Shown piece by piece: positions 43,228 to 52,229 of a stretch of 52,229 nucleotides of DNA (its first letter is position 1; every line of letters starts with the position of its first letter). The notes under the pieces are model-generated. The model worked only from the letters and a program-made list of their open reading frames with translations, was not told the origin of the DNA and ran no database searches. The position numbers and the translations under genes were made by a program. Source of the stretch: a virus (lineage: Duplodnaviria > Caudoviricetes); IMG/VR virus record IMGVR_UViG_3300049564_000091, positions 1 to 52,229 of that record. One strand, given 5' to 3'.

Positions 43228-44497
43228 CTGTGAGCTCCAGAGCTACGCTGCGGCATGCGACGCGCAGCGACGCATTGCCGCCGACGCGGCGCAGCCGCAC
43301 GCTGTACAGTGTCTCGGCGCTCGGCAGCACGAGCGCCGCCGAGCAGAGTGTGGTTGCGGTTTTATCGGTCGAGAGCGTCGCGACTTCGGCTCCATCGGCC
43401 AGGTCGACCAGCTGAAGCTCGGCCAGCTGCCCGAAGGCAGCCACGTCCAGCTCAGCGACGAGCTGCAGGCTGCGGCCCGCCAAGTCTGTTGGATCAAAGC
43501 GCTGCACGCCGATTTCCTCGTAGTCGGTGCTCGAGACGCTGGTGGTGCGCAGCGTGAAGGGGAAGCGCATCGCGCCCAGCTCGGCCTCGAGCGCAGTCAG
43601 ATCGGTATCGATCGCAATCACATCGGCCTGGACATCCTCGAGCGCGCCCTGCAGGGCAAGCGCCACGCGAAACTGATCGCCCTCGGCATCCATCTCGAGG
43701 CTGGCATCCGAGAAGGCATCGGCCAGCTCGATCACGCCGGCGGTCCGCGGCGCCGGCGCCGCGCGAGGCACCAGCTGGACGGAGCGCGCGACCAGCGGCG
43801 GCGCCGCTGATGGCGGCGTGATGACCAGATAATCGCCCTCGAGCATCAGCGGCACGCCCTGGATCACCAGCAGGCCAGCGGGCAGCTCGGCCTCCGAGGG
43901 CGGCGGCGGATTGTAGGAGCCATCGCCCACGGCCGACCAGACGCCGGCGTCGAAGCCGCGCGCCGAGCCCAGCACTGGAGCATCGCCGGGCGCGAAGTGA
44001 AAGCTGGTAGCCGAGAGCGGCCAAGTCGCCTGGAAGAGCACGCCGGCGGCCTTCGCCTGATGCAGCATGTAGGCAATCTGATAGCCCAGCGTGAGCGTGA
44101 AGCTGCCCGAGAAGCGCATCAGGAAGGCGGCCGGGAAGTACTCCTCCAGCCGCACCGTATCGGTCTCGGCGATGAGCGTGCGCGCGATCGCCAGCATCTC
44201 CGTGGTCGTGCCGCTCGAGCGAAGCACCATCGTGCGAGCGGAGATCCAGAGCCGATAGGATTCATCATCGCGGCCCTCGCGAGGCTGCCCCACGATGGCG
44301 CCGAGCACGTCCAGCTGATCGCCCTCGGCGCTCGCCAGCGAACGCTCGACCAGCAGCTGCCAAAGCGCATCCTCGGCCTGCTGCAGTTCGCCGAGCCAGG
44401 ATGCCAGCAGCGCCTTGTTGCGCGGCTTCGCATAGCGATCGATGAGCCGCGCCACGCCGCGCGCCGAGTGCTCCGGATCATGGGTCAGGCCAGTCAT
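43220..44497 (-). CDS. Baseplate wedge protein (DUF2612-like) with a C-terminal extension
   Basis: AEGDQLDVLGAIVGQPR..DDESYR, KAAGV motifs; follows baseplate J. Confidence 0.75.
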   Translation of the reverse strand: MTGLTHDPEHSARGVARLIDRYAKPRNKALLASWLGELQQAEDALWQLLVERSLASAEGDQLDVLGAIVGQPREGRDDESYRLWISARTMVLRSSGTTTEMLAIARTLIAETDTVRLEEYFPAAFLMRFSGSFTLTLGYQIAYMLHQAKAAGVLFQATWPLSATSFHFAPGDAPVLGSARGFDAGVWSAVGDGSYNPPPPSEAELPAGLLVIQGVPLMLEGDYLVITPPSAAPPLVARSVQLVPRAAPAPRTAGVIELADAFSDASLEMDAEGDQFRVALALQGALEDVQADVIAIDTDLTALEAELGAMRFPFTLRTTSVSSTDYEEIGVQRFDPTDLAGRSLQLVAELDVAAFGQLAELQLVDLADGAEVATLSTDKTATTLCSAALVLPSAETLYSVRLRRVGGNASLRVACRSVALELTDA

Positions 44498-45696
44498 GGA
44501 ATCGGCACGATTGAAATGCGGGTGGTGTCGAGCACGCCCGTTTCGAAGGAAGAAATCGCGAGCGCCGGCACGCCCGTGGCGTAGTCGGCGGAGGCCAGCG
44601 AGACGCGGGCTTCGGCATTGAGCACGCCGCGCTGCTGGAGCGCGACCGTCACGAAGCGCCCGGCGTAGACATCGACGCCCACGTCCAGATAGCCGGAGGT
44701 GTTGGGCGTCTCGGCGCTCGCGATGACGGCAGCCTTCACCACGTCATCGCCCACATAAGTGCTCGCATCGACGGTGAGCCGGAGCGCCACGTAGATCGGA
44801 ACCTCGGCCGCGCGCCGAAAGCCCACGTCATGCGGCATGCCTTCGGTATCGAGGACCTCCTGCACGACATCGCCGAAGGGCTCGATCCCGGCGGGCTTGT
44901 TCGCCCAGATATTCTCGGCGATGGCCTGATCATCATCCGCGCCCGTCTCGGAGCGCACCACTGCGCAAAAGGACTTCGGCGGCAGGCCCTCGGCCGAGGG
45001 CGTCATCGCGGTGTTTTCGATGACATTCGCCGCGATCACCGTCTCGAGCTGCAGCAGATTCGCGCGCAGCCCATCGACCGTGCCGCCGCCCTGGGCGAAC
45101 AATTCATCCTCGCGCCGATTGCGATAGGCGGCATCCGATTCGATGTTCGCGCCCAGCTCGGCGTCCTCGGGATTGTTCACCGAGACCCAGCCCGCCGGCA
45201 GCGTCTCGCGCACCGTGAGCGTGTTGGCATTCGCGACCGTGGGGCCCGTCTCGAGCGCCTCGAATAGCGCCTGCAGCGTGGCTGTGCTGGCGCCCAGATT
45301 GATCAGCGGCTCCGTATTCGCAAAGCGCGCGCTGGGATTGCCATCGACCGAGGCGATGGCCTCGCCTGCAGCAATGCTGGTCGCAGCGAGCAGCTCCACG
45401 TCGCAGATCACCGCGCTGGGCGATGCATCCTCGCGCGCCGTGCCGGTGAGGGCATACAGGGCGTCCTGCGCGGCGCCGGCGGCCTTCGCCGGGTCCTGCG
45501 AATCATTGACCGCCTCGGCCAGCTCCCAGACCGAGGCCAGCTCGGAGGCGACGATATTGTTCAGCTGACCCAGCAGCCCGAAGCTCGTGGTGTCGATGGC
45601 CGGATCGATGGTATCGCGCTGCTTCTGGACCATGCCCGCCTCGATTTCCTCGAGCGTCTTCGCCACGAAGCCATCCGGCGTGAGTCCCCAGGCCAT
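44494..45696 (-). CDS. Baseplate J/gp47 family protein
   Basis: WGLTPDGF, ESDAAYRNR, LPPKSF, NKPAGI. Confidence 0.88.
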   Translation of the reverse strand: MAWGLTPDGFVAKTLEEIEAGMVQKQRDTIDPAIDTTSFGLLGQLNNIVASELASVWELAEAVNDSQDPAKAAGAAQDALYALTGTAREDASPSAVICDVELLAATSIAAGEAIASVDGNPSARFANTEPLINLGASTATLQALFEALETGPTVANANTLTVRETLPAGWVSVNNPEDAELGANIESDAAYRNRREDELFAQGGGTVDGLRANLLQLETVIAANVIENTAMTPSAEGLPPKSFCAVVRSETGADDDQAIAENIWANKPAGIEPFGDVVQEVLDTEGMPHDVGFRRAAEVPIYVALRLTVDASTYVGDDVVKAAVIASAETPNTSGYLDVGVDVYAGRFVTVALQQRGVLNAEARVSLASADYATGVPALAISSFETGVLDTTRISIVPIP

Positions 45697-46061
45697 CACA
45701 AGCCTCCAATCGCGGTGCTGAGCGTCCCGGGCTCGCCCGAGTCGAAGATCACCTCCGCCGTCACAGTCAGCTCGCGACGGCCGCCATGGAAGGCGAAGCG
45801 CAGATCAGAGACCTCGCGCACGCCCGGCGTCTCGCGCGAGGCCTGGGCAAAGATGGCGCGCAGCACCGTGTTGGAGGGCCGCTTGTCGAGGATCAGGTTC
45901 TGATAGTCGATGCCGAGCAGCTGATCGCGAAAGCATTCGCCGAGGAAGAGCGTGAGATGCGTCTCCCAGGCCTGCCGCGTCGCCGCAGCGCCACGCACGA
46001 GCTGCGCGCGGCCCTCGATCAGCAGCAGGTCACCATCCGCATCTACGGCCAGGTCTGACAT
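45696..46061 (-). CDS. Baseplate sheath-initiator (gp25/W-like)
   Basis: DGDL, LFLGECF.D..GIDY, TPGV. Confidence 0.75.
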   Translation of the reverse strand: MSDLAVDADGDLLLIEGRAQLVRGAAATRQAWETHLTLFLGECFRDQLLGIDYQNLILDKRPSNTVLRAIFAQASRETPGVREVSDLRFAFHGGRRELTVTAEVIFDSGEPGTLSTAIGGL

Positions 46062-46065
46062 CGCT

Positions 46066-47205
46066 TCATCCCAGGTTGCGAGGGCCCACGTTGACGAACT
46101 GATTCATGGCGATCCGGCCCACCAGGTCGTCCGCATGCGCGCGCTTGTAGATCACCGAGTATTCCCAGCTGGCCGTCTCGGCGATGTGCCCATTGCAGTT
46201 GAGCGTGAGCGTCTGGAATCCGATGCCGCTGACGCTATTCTTCTCGGCGACGGGCTCCTGCGTGGGGAAGGCCAGCGGTGGTCCACCCCCGACAACGACG
46301 CCCTTGTTGCGGCGCACGAGCGCGGCATAGGAAAGCGCCGCCGAGGCCTGATACGTGAGCACGTAAATGTCCGAGAGCACCGTCAAGTCCGGCACCTTCA
46401 GCGGCCAGGACGCGCCGTTGGAGCCGACTTTGTAGCTGCCATCGGTCTGCATGAAGGTCTCGCCGCTCGAGCAGGACAGGGGAATCGTCCAATCGGTCGA
46501 GGTGTGCGCCGGCACATAGGCAAAGTCAGAATGCGCTCCGATGTTGCCGCCGGCGATGAAGTCGCCGCCCGCATCCAGCGGCCAATCGGTCCAGGGCGAC
46601 GCGCCCGCGGGAACATGACTCACAATCCATTGGCCGGAGCGACCCACCATGGCCGTGCTCACATAGGCGGGATCGATCTGGCGCCACTTCTGCGTGGGCA
46701 CATGCCAGCGAGCGTTGTTGACCAGTGCCGCGCCGTAGGGACTTTGCCCCACGAAGATGCCCGCCCAGGCGAGCCCTTGCGTGGGCATGGCCAGCCCGAC
46801 CTTCCAGCGATTCGAACCCGGCGCTGCAGGCACCGCAGACAGGTCGGTCGGATCGTCGCCCGGCTTCGCGGTGGTGGTGAGGAGCGGATCATCGGCCCAA
46901 TTCGACTCGGTATTGATGACCTGCGACTTGAGGAAGGTGTTGTGGGCGTTCTTGAGCGCCGCCTGCGCGTCGATGGCCTGCGCCGCATCCATCTCGCCTT
47001 CGAGCGTGGTGACGCGGCCGGTGAGGCCGCTGATCAAGCTCTCGAGCCAGCGCGTCCAATCGCCCACGAGCCGCTGCCACCAATTGAACCAGCTCGAGGG
47101 CGGCTCCTCGCCTGCAACCCAGCCCGTCGCAACCTTGCCTGCAGGCGGCTCGACCACATTCGTGCCGTCCGTCGCCCAATCTGGATGTTTCGTAGGTGCA
47201 GGCAT
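46066..47205 (-). CDS. Tail fibre protein
   Basis: N-terminal WAT...EPP...GW...PPSSWFNW fibre-anchor motif and coiled coil. Confidence 0.72.
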   Translation of the reverse strand: MPAPTKHPDWATDGTNVVEPPAGKVATGWVAGEEPPSSWFNWWQRLVGDWTRWLESLISGLTGRVTTLEGEMDAAQAIDAQAALKNAHNTFLKSQVINTESNWADDPLLTTTAKPGDDPTDLSAVPAAPGSNRWKVGLAMPTQGLAWAGIFVGQSPYGAALVNNARWHVPTQKWRQIDPAYVSTAMVGRSGQWIVSHVPAGASPWTDWPLDAGGDFIAGGNIGAHSDFAYVPAHTSTDWTIPLSCSSGETFMQTDGSYKVGSNGASWPLKVPDLTVLSDIYVLTYQASAALSYAALVRRNKGVVVGGGPPLAFPTQEPVAEKNSVSGIGFQTLTLNCNGHIAETASWEYSVIYKRAHADDLVGRIAMNQFVNVGPRNLG

Positions 47206-47909
47206 CAGGTTGCTTTCGTTTTGGTTGCCGCCACCGAGCCGGCCGGGCCGAGCGGCGTGGTCTGGGCCGAGGCCGTGCCGCCGCCGCCGCCCACCACCAC
47301 ATGCTGGTGAGCATTCATCGCGGTCCAGAGCCTGCTCAGCTCGGTCGCCACCAGATTGGCGAGCGCCACAAACTGCGTGCCCTCGGCCCAGACCACCTCG
47401 CCCGCTGGCGTGAAGCGCATCAGGATCGTGCCATTCTCGAGCCCGATCACCATATCGGAGCCCGAGACGCCCTCGAGGAGCGCGGCGCGAGGCCTCGGCC
47501 CGCAGGGCAGCGCGATAGCGCCCTGCAGCGAATGCATCGCGAGGTCGCCCGGGACCACCGGGCTGCGCGCGCCCGGGCGCGCCTGCTCGATCCAGAAATC
47601 CAGCGAGCGCTCGGCGAAGAGCAGCAGCACGGCATCGCCTGGGCGCAGCGGCACTGACAAGAAAAACCCGCCGCCCTGGACATAGGCGACCGGGACCATC
47701 TGGAGCAGCGGCAGCGCTTCATTGAGCGGCTCGCCATCCTGATCCACCACGGCCCGCTGGAGCATCGGCAGGACGTCCACGAACTGGCGCTTGCTGGCGG
47801 CATCGGAGCGCACCGCCACGACCTCGCCGGGCATGCAGGTATGCAGCTCGCCGAGCGTTTTCTGGATCGAGGCCTCCTCGATGTCGAGCTGGGAAGGAAT
47901 GACGGTCAC
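47205..47909 (-). CDS. Baseplate spike (Gp138-like)
   Basis: LHTCMPG, PLRPGD.VLLLFAERS.D.W, HSL, C-terminal HQH metal motif. Confidence 0.82.
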   Translation of the reverse strand: MTVIPSQLDIEEASIQKTLGELHTCMPGEVVAVRSDAASKRQFVDVLPMLQRAVVDQDGEPLNEALPLLQMVPVAYVQGGGFFLSVPLRPGDAVLLLFAERSLDFWIEQARPGARSPVVPGDLAMHSLQGAIALPCGPRPRAALLEGVSGSDMVIGLENGTILMRFTPAGEVVWAEGTQFVALANLVATELSRLWTAMNAHQHVVVGGGGGTASAQTTPLGPAGSVAATKTKAT

Positions 47910-48739
47910 GTGCTCGCCTTCCGCTTCTCGCTCCGCAGCTGCATATCGCAGAACCATTCCTCGCTGAAGGTCGAGCCGGTGTGCTTGGTGGTCTCGAGCC
48001 GGTACATGCCGCGCACGTGCTCGCTCTGCATCTCGACGCGCCGGCCCGGGTACAGATCCGGCAGGATCAAGCAGCGCGCCTCGACGATTCCCTTGTTGCC
48101 GGGCTCCGGCGAGCCCAGCAGGCCGGTGTCGCTGGTCAGCTTCACCGCCAGCTCGGCCAGCGGCGCGCCATAATCGAGGAACTGCAGCTCGTCATCCTGG
48201 ATCGACCACTCGAGGCCGCAGCTGCGGGCAAGCCGATCGAGCTCCTCGTCGATGGCTCCGGCCATGGCATAGCCGTTCCAGAATTTCTCCGCCTGCGTCC
48301 CGGCGATGCGCGCCGAGACGGTCCGCGCGGCCGTATTGCCGAGCCGCACGCCCATCGCCTTCGCTGCGGTCTGCAGGACGCTCGAGACGCTGGAGCCCGG
48401 CGCGAAGGAGCGCACCAGCCGCTGCTTGCGCGCGCGCCGGCTCGAGTCGCTGGTGATGGTCGTGACCCAGTCCGGGCCCTGCTTGCCCGAGACCACGTCC
48501 CGGAGATCGCCGCGGAATAGCAGCGAGATGCCGCTCTCGTAGCCGGCTTCGAGCGAGACATAGACCTTCTCGAGTTCCTGCAGCTGCTTGCGATGCGCGG
48601 CGCTCAGATTCCAGATCTGCAGCTCGGCTGCATTCGGCGTCTTCGGCGCGAGCGACTTGCTGATTTCGAAGCGCACGTCGAAGCCCTCGAGCCCGAGGCT
48701 ATCGACCTGCACGCGGCATCGGCGGCCGAAGAGCGTCAT
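47906..48739 (-). CDS. Baseplate hub protein
   Basis: PNAAELQIWNLS, LEAGY, WSIQD, TGLLGSP. Confidence 0.82.
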   Translation of the reverse strand: MTLFGRRCRVQVDSLGLEGFDVRFEISKSLAPKTPNAAELQIWNLSAAHRKQLQELEKVYVSLEAGYESGISLLFRGDLRDVVSGKQGPDWVTTITSDSSRRARKQRLVRSFAPGSSVSSVLQTAAKAMGVRLGNTAARTVSARIAGTQAEKFWNGYAMAGAIDEELDRLARSCGLEWSIQDDELQFLDYGAPLAELAVKLTSDTGLLGSPEPGNKGIVEARCLILPDLYPGRRVEMQSEHVRGMYRLETTKHTGSTFSEEWFCDMQLRSEKRKAST

Positions 48740-49059
48740 AGTGCCGGCGCCTCGGCATAGAAGAGCACCCAGCGGTCGCCGAAGCCCTCGAGCGTCGCCG
48801 GCTCGGCCGGCCCCACCAGATCCAGCAGCACCAGCTCGCCCGGCGGGCGCGAGGGCGTCACCCGCCGGTAGAGCAGCGGCCAGGCAGTCACCAGCGTGAC
48901 CGAGAGCGCCACCGGCTCGTCGTCGAGCGTCCGCAGGTCCATATGCCAGAGCCGCGAGCGCTCTGACCAGCGGAAGCGCATTGAATAGGTGATCCCGTCG
49001 AGGTCGGATTGCTGCGTGACCAGCGGGTACGGCACGGTGTTGATTCGCTGGAGCGCCAT
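48736..49059 (-). CDS. Baseplate plug-like protein
   Basis: LDGITYSMRFRWSER..WHMD. Confidence 0.7.
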   Translation of the reverse strand: MALQRINTVPYPLVTQQSDLDGITYSMRFRWSERSRLWHMDLRTLDDEPVALSVTLVTAWPLLYRRVTPSRPPGELVLLDLVGPAEPATLEGFGDRWVLFYAEAPAL

Positions 49060-49889
49060 CAGGCACCTCGCCACCAATCCGCGATGCCGCCCTTCAGCGC
49101 ATGCACGAAGCTGCGCTCGGCCTGCTCCTGCGCGCCCGGCGAAAGCGAGTCCGCCGGCGTCTCGGTGGTCGCCTGCTTGCCGCGCGATTGCCCGGGCTTG
49201 CCGCGCTGCTCGACGGGCTTCGGCACGCGCACGGTCTGGGCGCTCACGATGCGCAGGACCTTGCAGGTGGCGGTGAAGTGCAGCGCATCGCGCCCGATAT
49301 CGCTCGAGCGCTCGAAGCTGAGGTCGCTGAGTGCCACCACCTCGTAGATATCGAGCCCGGTGACGAGCTTCACCGTGAGCGGGCGCGAGGCGACCTCGAC
49401 CAGGGCTTGGTAGACCGCACCGACGCGATCGAACTCGGCGCTGAAGCCGAGCGCATTGACCGCATAGAAAGTCCGGCCCTCGCGATCTTCATTGTACAGC
49501 TCGGCCGCGAAGCGCCGGCGCGGCAGGCTGAGCCCGAGCACGCCCGCGATGGCCTGCCCTTGCCCGCCGCCCGGGATGAAGCCCAGATCGCCGGGCTCGC
49601 CCTGGATTTCATGCGACATCGGCGGGATGCGCTGGGCTGGGGTCGTCGCCACGTCGATGAAGCCCGCGTCATCGCTCGCCATCACGCCGCCTGCATGCGA
49701 GAGCGGCAGCTCGATCGGGTGATTCGTTACGATGCCCTCGATCTGGATGCTGCGAGGCTGCGGGCGAATGTGGTCGGTGATATTGACGCCATCCTCGACG
49801 GGATGCTCGGTCACCTGGGCGCTCAGCTGGTGCGTCTCGCTGAGCGAGACGTCGATCCAGATGGTGCCTATCGTAAGGTTCGCCGCCAT
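49059..49889 (-). CDS. Baseplate/tube-initiator (Dit-like) protein
   Basis: VTEHPVEDG..ITDH motif; follows the tape measure. Confidence 0.8.
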   Translation of the reverse strand: MAANLTIGTIWIDVSLSETHQLSAQVTEHPVEDGVNITDHIRPQPRSIQIEGIVTNHPIELPLSHAGGVMASDDAGFIDVATTPAQRIPPMSHEIQGEPGDLGFIPGGGQGQAIAGVLGLSLPRRRFAAELYNEDREGRTFYAVNALGFSAEFDRVGAVYQALVEVASRPLTVKLVTGLDIYEVVALSDLSFERSSDIGRDALHFTATCKVLRIVSAQTVRVPKPVEQRGKPGQSRGKQATTETPADSLSPGAQEQAERSFVHALKGGIADWWRGA

Positions 49890-51634
49890 CAGCTGCGCCC
49901 TCGCCCACCGAGGGCCGCCGCCGTCTTCTTGCGCTGGGCCTCGAGGCGCTCATCGACGACGCGCTTGACCTTGTCGGTATCGCCACCGTTGATGATGATC
50001 GTGGGCCCGGCCACATTCACAATGGGCGCTGGGCCCTCGGCAGCAGCGCCGCCGCCGCCAGCTGCAGGCGCGCTCACCATCGGGCCGGCGGCATAGGGAA
50101 TCGTCGCCGGCCCAGCATCCGCAGGCACGGCCGACCATTGGCTCGGCCCATACTTGCGCTCGCGCTCGCGCTCGGCGCGCCGCTTGTTGCGAGCTTCCAC
50201 GCCGGCGGCAATCAACCCGGCCTGGTCGCGCTGCCGCAGCGCCAGCTCCTCGCCGATGGTCTCGGCAATGGGCGCATCGATGCCTCGGCGCGTCGCGCGG
50301 CCCTCGGCGTCTTCCTGGCCGAGCAAGCCCGTAGCCCGGCCCGCCGCTTTGGCGCCCATCCAGAGCAAGCCCGGAGGCGTGTACTTGAGCAGCGAGAGCA
50401 TCTTCTCGATCAGCCGCTGCACGGCGAAGGCCGCGTTGTCCGCGCCATCCGCGAAGGTCTGCCAGATGCCCTGCGCGTCGAGCTTGCCCAGCGCCTCCAT
50501 CAGCGGCCCGAATGTCGCCTTGATCCAATCCACCACCTTGGCGGTGGTGCCCTCGCCGAACATCCCATCGATGAGGTCGCGCGTGACCGACTCGCCGCCC
50601 GAGAGCGTCGTCCAGAGGTCATCGATGAGCAGGATCAGCGCCGCGACGGCGATGGCGGGCAGCACGAAAGCGCCGTAGAACTGCAGCGCGAGGATGCCCG
50701 CCACGGCCGCGAGCGTGTACATGGCCGTCTCGAGCAGATGCGAGCCCTTCGCGGCCTTCCGGAACCACTTCATGCCATCGCGCAGGTAGCCGATGAGCTT
50801 CTCGATCTTCGGCAGCACCGTCTTGGCCATATCGGTGCCGATGTCCTTCAGCGTCTCCTTGATGGCCTTCGAGGAGTTGGCGAAGCCCTCGCGCGTCCGG
50901 ATGGCATCGCCCTCGACGCGCTCGGTGCGCTTGAGGATCGCCTCATAGCGCAGCTCCGTTTTCTCGGCCGCGCTCATCTGCGTGACCTTTTTCTTGATGC
51001 CCTTCGAAGCAGCGATCTCCTGCAGCGTGGTGTCATTCAGCACCACGCCGTAGCGCTTGAGCGATTCGTACTCGCCGGTGAGGCCCGAGCGCAGCGCGCG
51101 CATCGCGTCTTCATCGCTCGTGTTGAAAAAGGAGCCCAGATCGACGCTCAGGGCGGCGAGCGATTGCGCCATCGCCTGCGCTTGCTCATCGGATTTCGCG
51201 ATGGGCTGGATCACCGCGCCGAGCGTCGATGCGTACTGCTGGAGGCTGTACTTCGAGCGACCCATCGCCTCGCCCATCGTCTCCGACCAGGCGGTGACCT
51301 CCGCCAAGCCCTGATCGCCGAAGAGCTGCTTGATCACGTTCTGGGTTTCATCGGCCGAGGAGGCCAGCTCGACGTACTCCTTCAGCAGATTCGAGAGGCC
51401 GGCCTGGGCCGCGAAGCGCTGCATCATCCCCAGGGCCTGCCCGAGCATCGCCGAGCCTCGAGCCGCCTCGGCCGCAGCCTTGCCCTGATCCCGCATCTGC
51501 TGGCTGGCCTGCTGCCCGCTCTTCTGCTGCTGGAGCAGCTTGCCCTGCAGCGAATCATAGGCCTTCTGGGCCTTCTGATAGCTGGCCTGATCGACGGTGA
51601 AGCCGAGGAGGGTGAGGAGCTCACGGACTATCAT
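49889..51634 (-). CDS. Tape measure protein
   Basis: 581 aa; MIVRELLTLLGF, DLGSFFN, GEYESLKRYG; helical with a hydrophobic segment. Confidence 0.85.
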   Translation of the reverse strand: MIVRELLTLLGFTVDQASYQKAQKAYDSLQGKLLQQQKSGQQASQQMRDQGKAAAEAARGSAMLGQALGMMQRFAAQAGLSNLLKEYVELASSADETQNVIKQLFGDQGLAEVTAWSETMGEAMGRSKYSLQQYASTLGAVIQPIAKSDEQAQAMAQSLAALSVDLGSFFNTSDEDAMRALRSGLTGEYESLKRYGVVLNDTTLQEIAASKGIKKKVTQMSAAEKTELRYEAILKRTERVEGDAIRTREGFANSSKAIKETLKDIGTDMAKTVLPKIEKLIGYLRDGMKWFRKAAKGSHLLETAMYTLAAVAGILALQFYGAFVLPAIAVAALILLIDDLWTTLSGGESVTRDLIDGMFGEGTTAKVVDWIKATFGPLMEALGKLDAQGIWQTFADGADNAAFAVQRLIEKMLSLLKYTPPGLLWMGAKAAGRATGLLGQEDAEGRATRRGIDAPIAETIGEELALRQRDQAGLIAAGVEARNKRRAERERERKYGPSQWSAVPADAGPATIPYAAGPMVSAPAAGGGGAAAEGPAPIVNVAGPTIIINGGDTDKVKRVVDERLEAQRKKTAAALGGRGRS

Positions 51635-51819
51635 CGCCGCGCTCCAGGCTGCTGCTTCGCTGCTTTGCGCTCGAGGTCGTCATACATGTCCAGCACGTCG
51701 TGTGCCTCGTACAGGTCGTCGAGCGACCAAAGCGTTTGAATGGTTATGAGGTTGTCGGCATAGCGCTCGCTGGCTGCGATGCGGTGGATGTCCCAGTCGA
51801 CGGAGGCTGGGGCTGCCAC
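51631..51819 (-). CDS. Tail chaperone frameshift extension (gpT-like)
   Basis: -1 frame relative to the chaperone, open back to the slippery site; WSLDDLYEAH motif. Confidence 0.7.
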   Translation of the reverse strand: MAAPASVDWDIHRIAASERYADNLITIQTLWSLDDLYEAHDVLDMYDDLERKAAKQQPGARR

Positions 51820-52229
51820 TTCGACAAAAGCTCCATGAGTCTGGGCAGGGCGCCGCCCAGACTCGAGGCGCCGAAAAAACTCGAGAAGTTCACCTCGCAG
51901 CAGGCGCGCAGCCAGCTGAGCATCTCATCGTAGCGGCCGGCGAAGTGATCATCGAAGATGTCCGAGAGCCGCTGCTCGATATCGCGCGACTTCACCACGA
52001 CCGAGTACTCGGCAAACTGGTCGCAGATGGCAGCGAGATCCTCCTCGCTCAAGCGCGTGCAGAGGTCATGGACGGCTTCAGCGATGCCGATGCCCATAGC
52101 GGCGTCGAATCCGGCCCGGCCTCGGCCAAGCCCGCCCACGAAAGCGCCGGCGCCGGGACCAAACAGGCGGACGAAGCGGACCAGCATGGCGCGACCGCGC
52201 TTGGCCGGCAGCTGCGTGATGCGGTAGGT
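51744..52229 (-). CDS. Tail assembly chaperone, 3' part (starts at 166 across the junction)
   Basis: FDDHFAGRY...EVNFSSFF motif. Confidence 0.8.
   Translation of the reverse strand, partial: TYRITQLPAKRGRAMLVRFVRLFGPGAGAFVGGLGRGRAGFDAAMGIGIAEAVHDLCTRLSEEDLAAICDQFAEYSVVVKSRDIEQRLSDIFDDHFAGRYDEMLSWLRACCEVNFSSFFGASSLGGALPRLMELLSKWQPQPPSTGTSTASQPASAMPTTS
51837..51879 (-). promoter_or_regulatory. -1 ribosomal frameshift signal
   Basis: T TTT TTC in frame, 8-nt spacer, hairpin GAGTCTGGGC-N8-GCCCAGACTC. Confidence 0.75.
52103..52229. repeat. Direct terminal overlap, identical to 1-127
   Basis: Exact match. Confidence 0.97.

Noticed and set aside
40752-47205. Diversity-generating retroelement or invertible tail-fibre cassette
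   Set aside because: No reverse transcriptase, invertase, TR/VR pair or flanking inverted repeats seen
1-52229. Apparent abundance of CTCGAG/TCGA
   Set aside because: Explainable by CTC-GAG and ATC-GAG codon pairs; not testable without a Markov-model count

Overview
The window is an apparently complete circular genome (about 52.1 kb; the 127-bp direct terminal overlap is typical of an assembler k-mer) of a GC-rich (roughly 68-70% by eye) temperate myovirus. The host is possibly a myxobacterium, but that is a weak inference. All family names come from my motif recognition, not database searches. The minus strand carries a long late region: ParB-like/PLP-enzyme/ParB-methyltransferase cluster, TerS, TerL, portal, MuF, DUF2213 protease/scaffold, decoration protein, DUF2184 capsid, neck, sheath, tube, tail chaperone with a -1 frameshift signal, tape measure, baseplate and fibres, ending in a membrane-anchored glycoside hydrolase. 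A CI/Cro-like switch at 23.6-24.6 kb separates a leftward primase-helicase with a 12-iteron origin from a rightward recombination operon (PD-(D/E)XK nuclease, Sak4-like ATPase, SSB-like protein, split RecD2, tyrosine integrase). attP is the 3' half of a tRNA-Arg(CCG), flanked by arm-type repeats, 1.5 kb from the integrase. The most unusual features are: (1) a portal fused, via R-x-D motifs shared with other head proteins and an RVPAGSPRGGQWT tag, to a HEXXH metallopeptidase, faced by a convergent small gene with its own promoter (candidate head-packaged effector plus immunity); (2) a packaging-linked ParB/PLP/methyltransferase DNA-modification cluster; (3) an array of tiny membrane peptides placed to be read from the host tRNA promoter after integration; (4) no recognisable endolysin.
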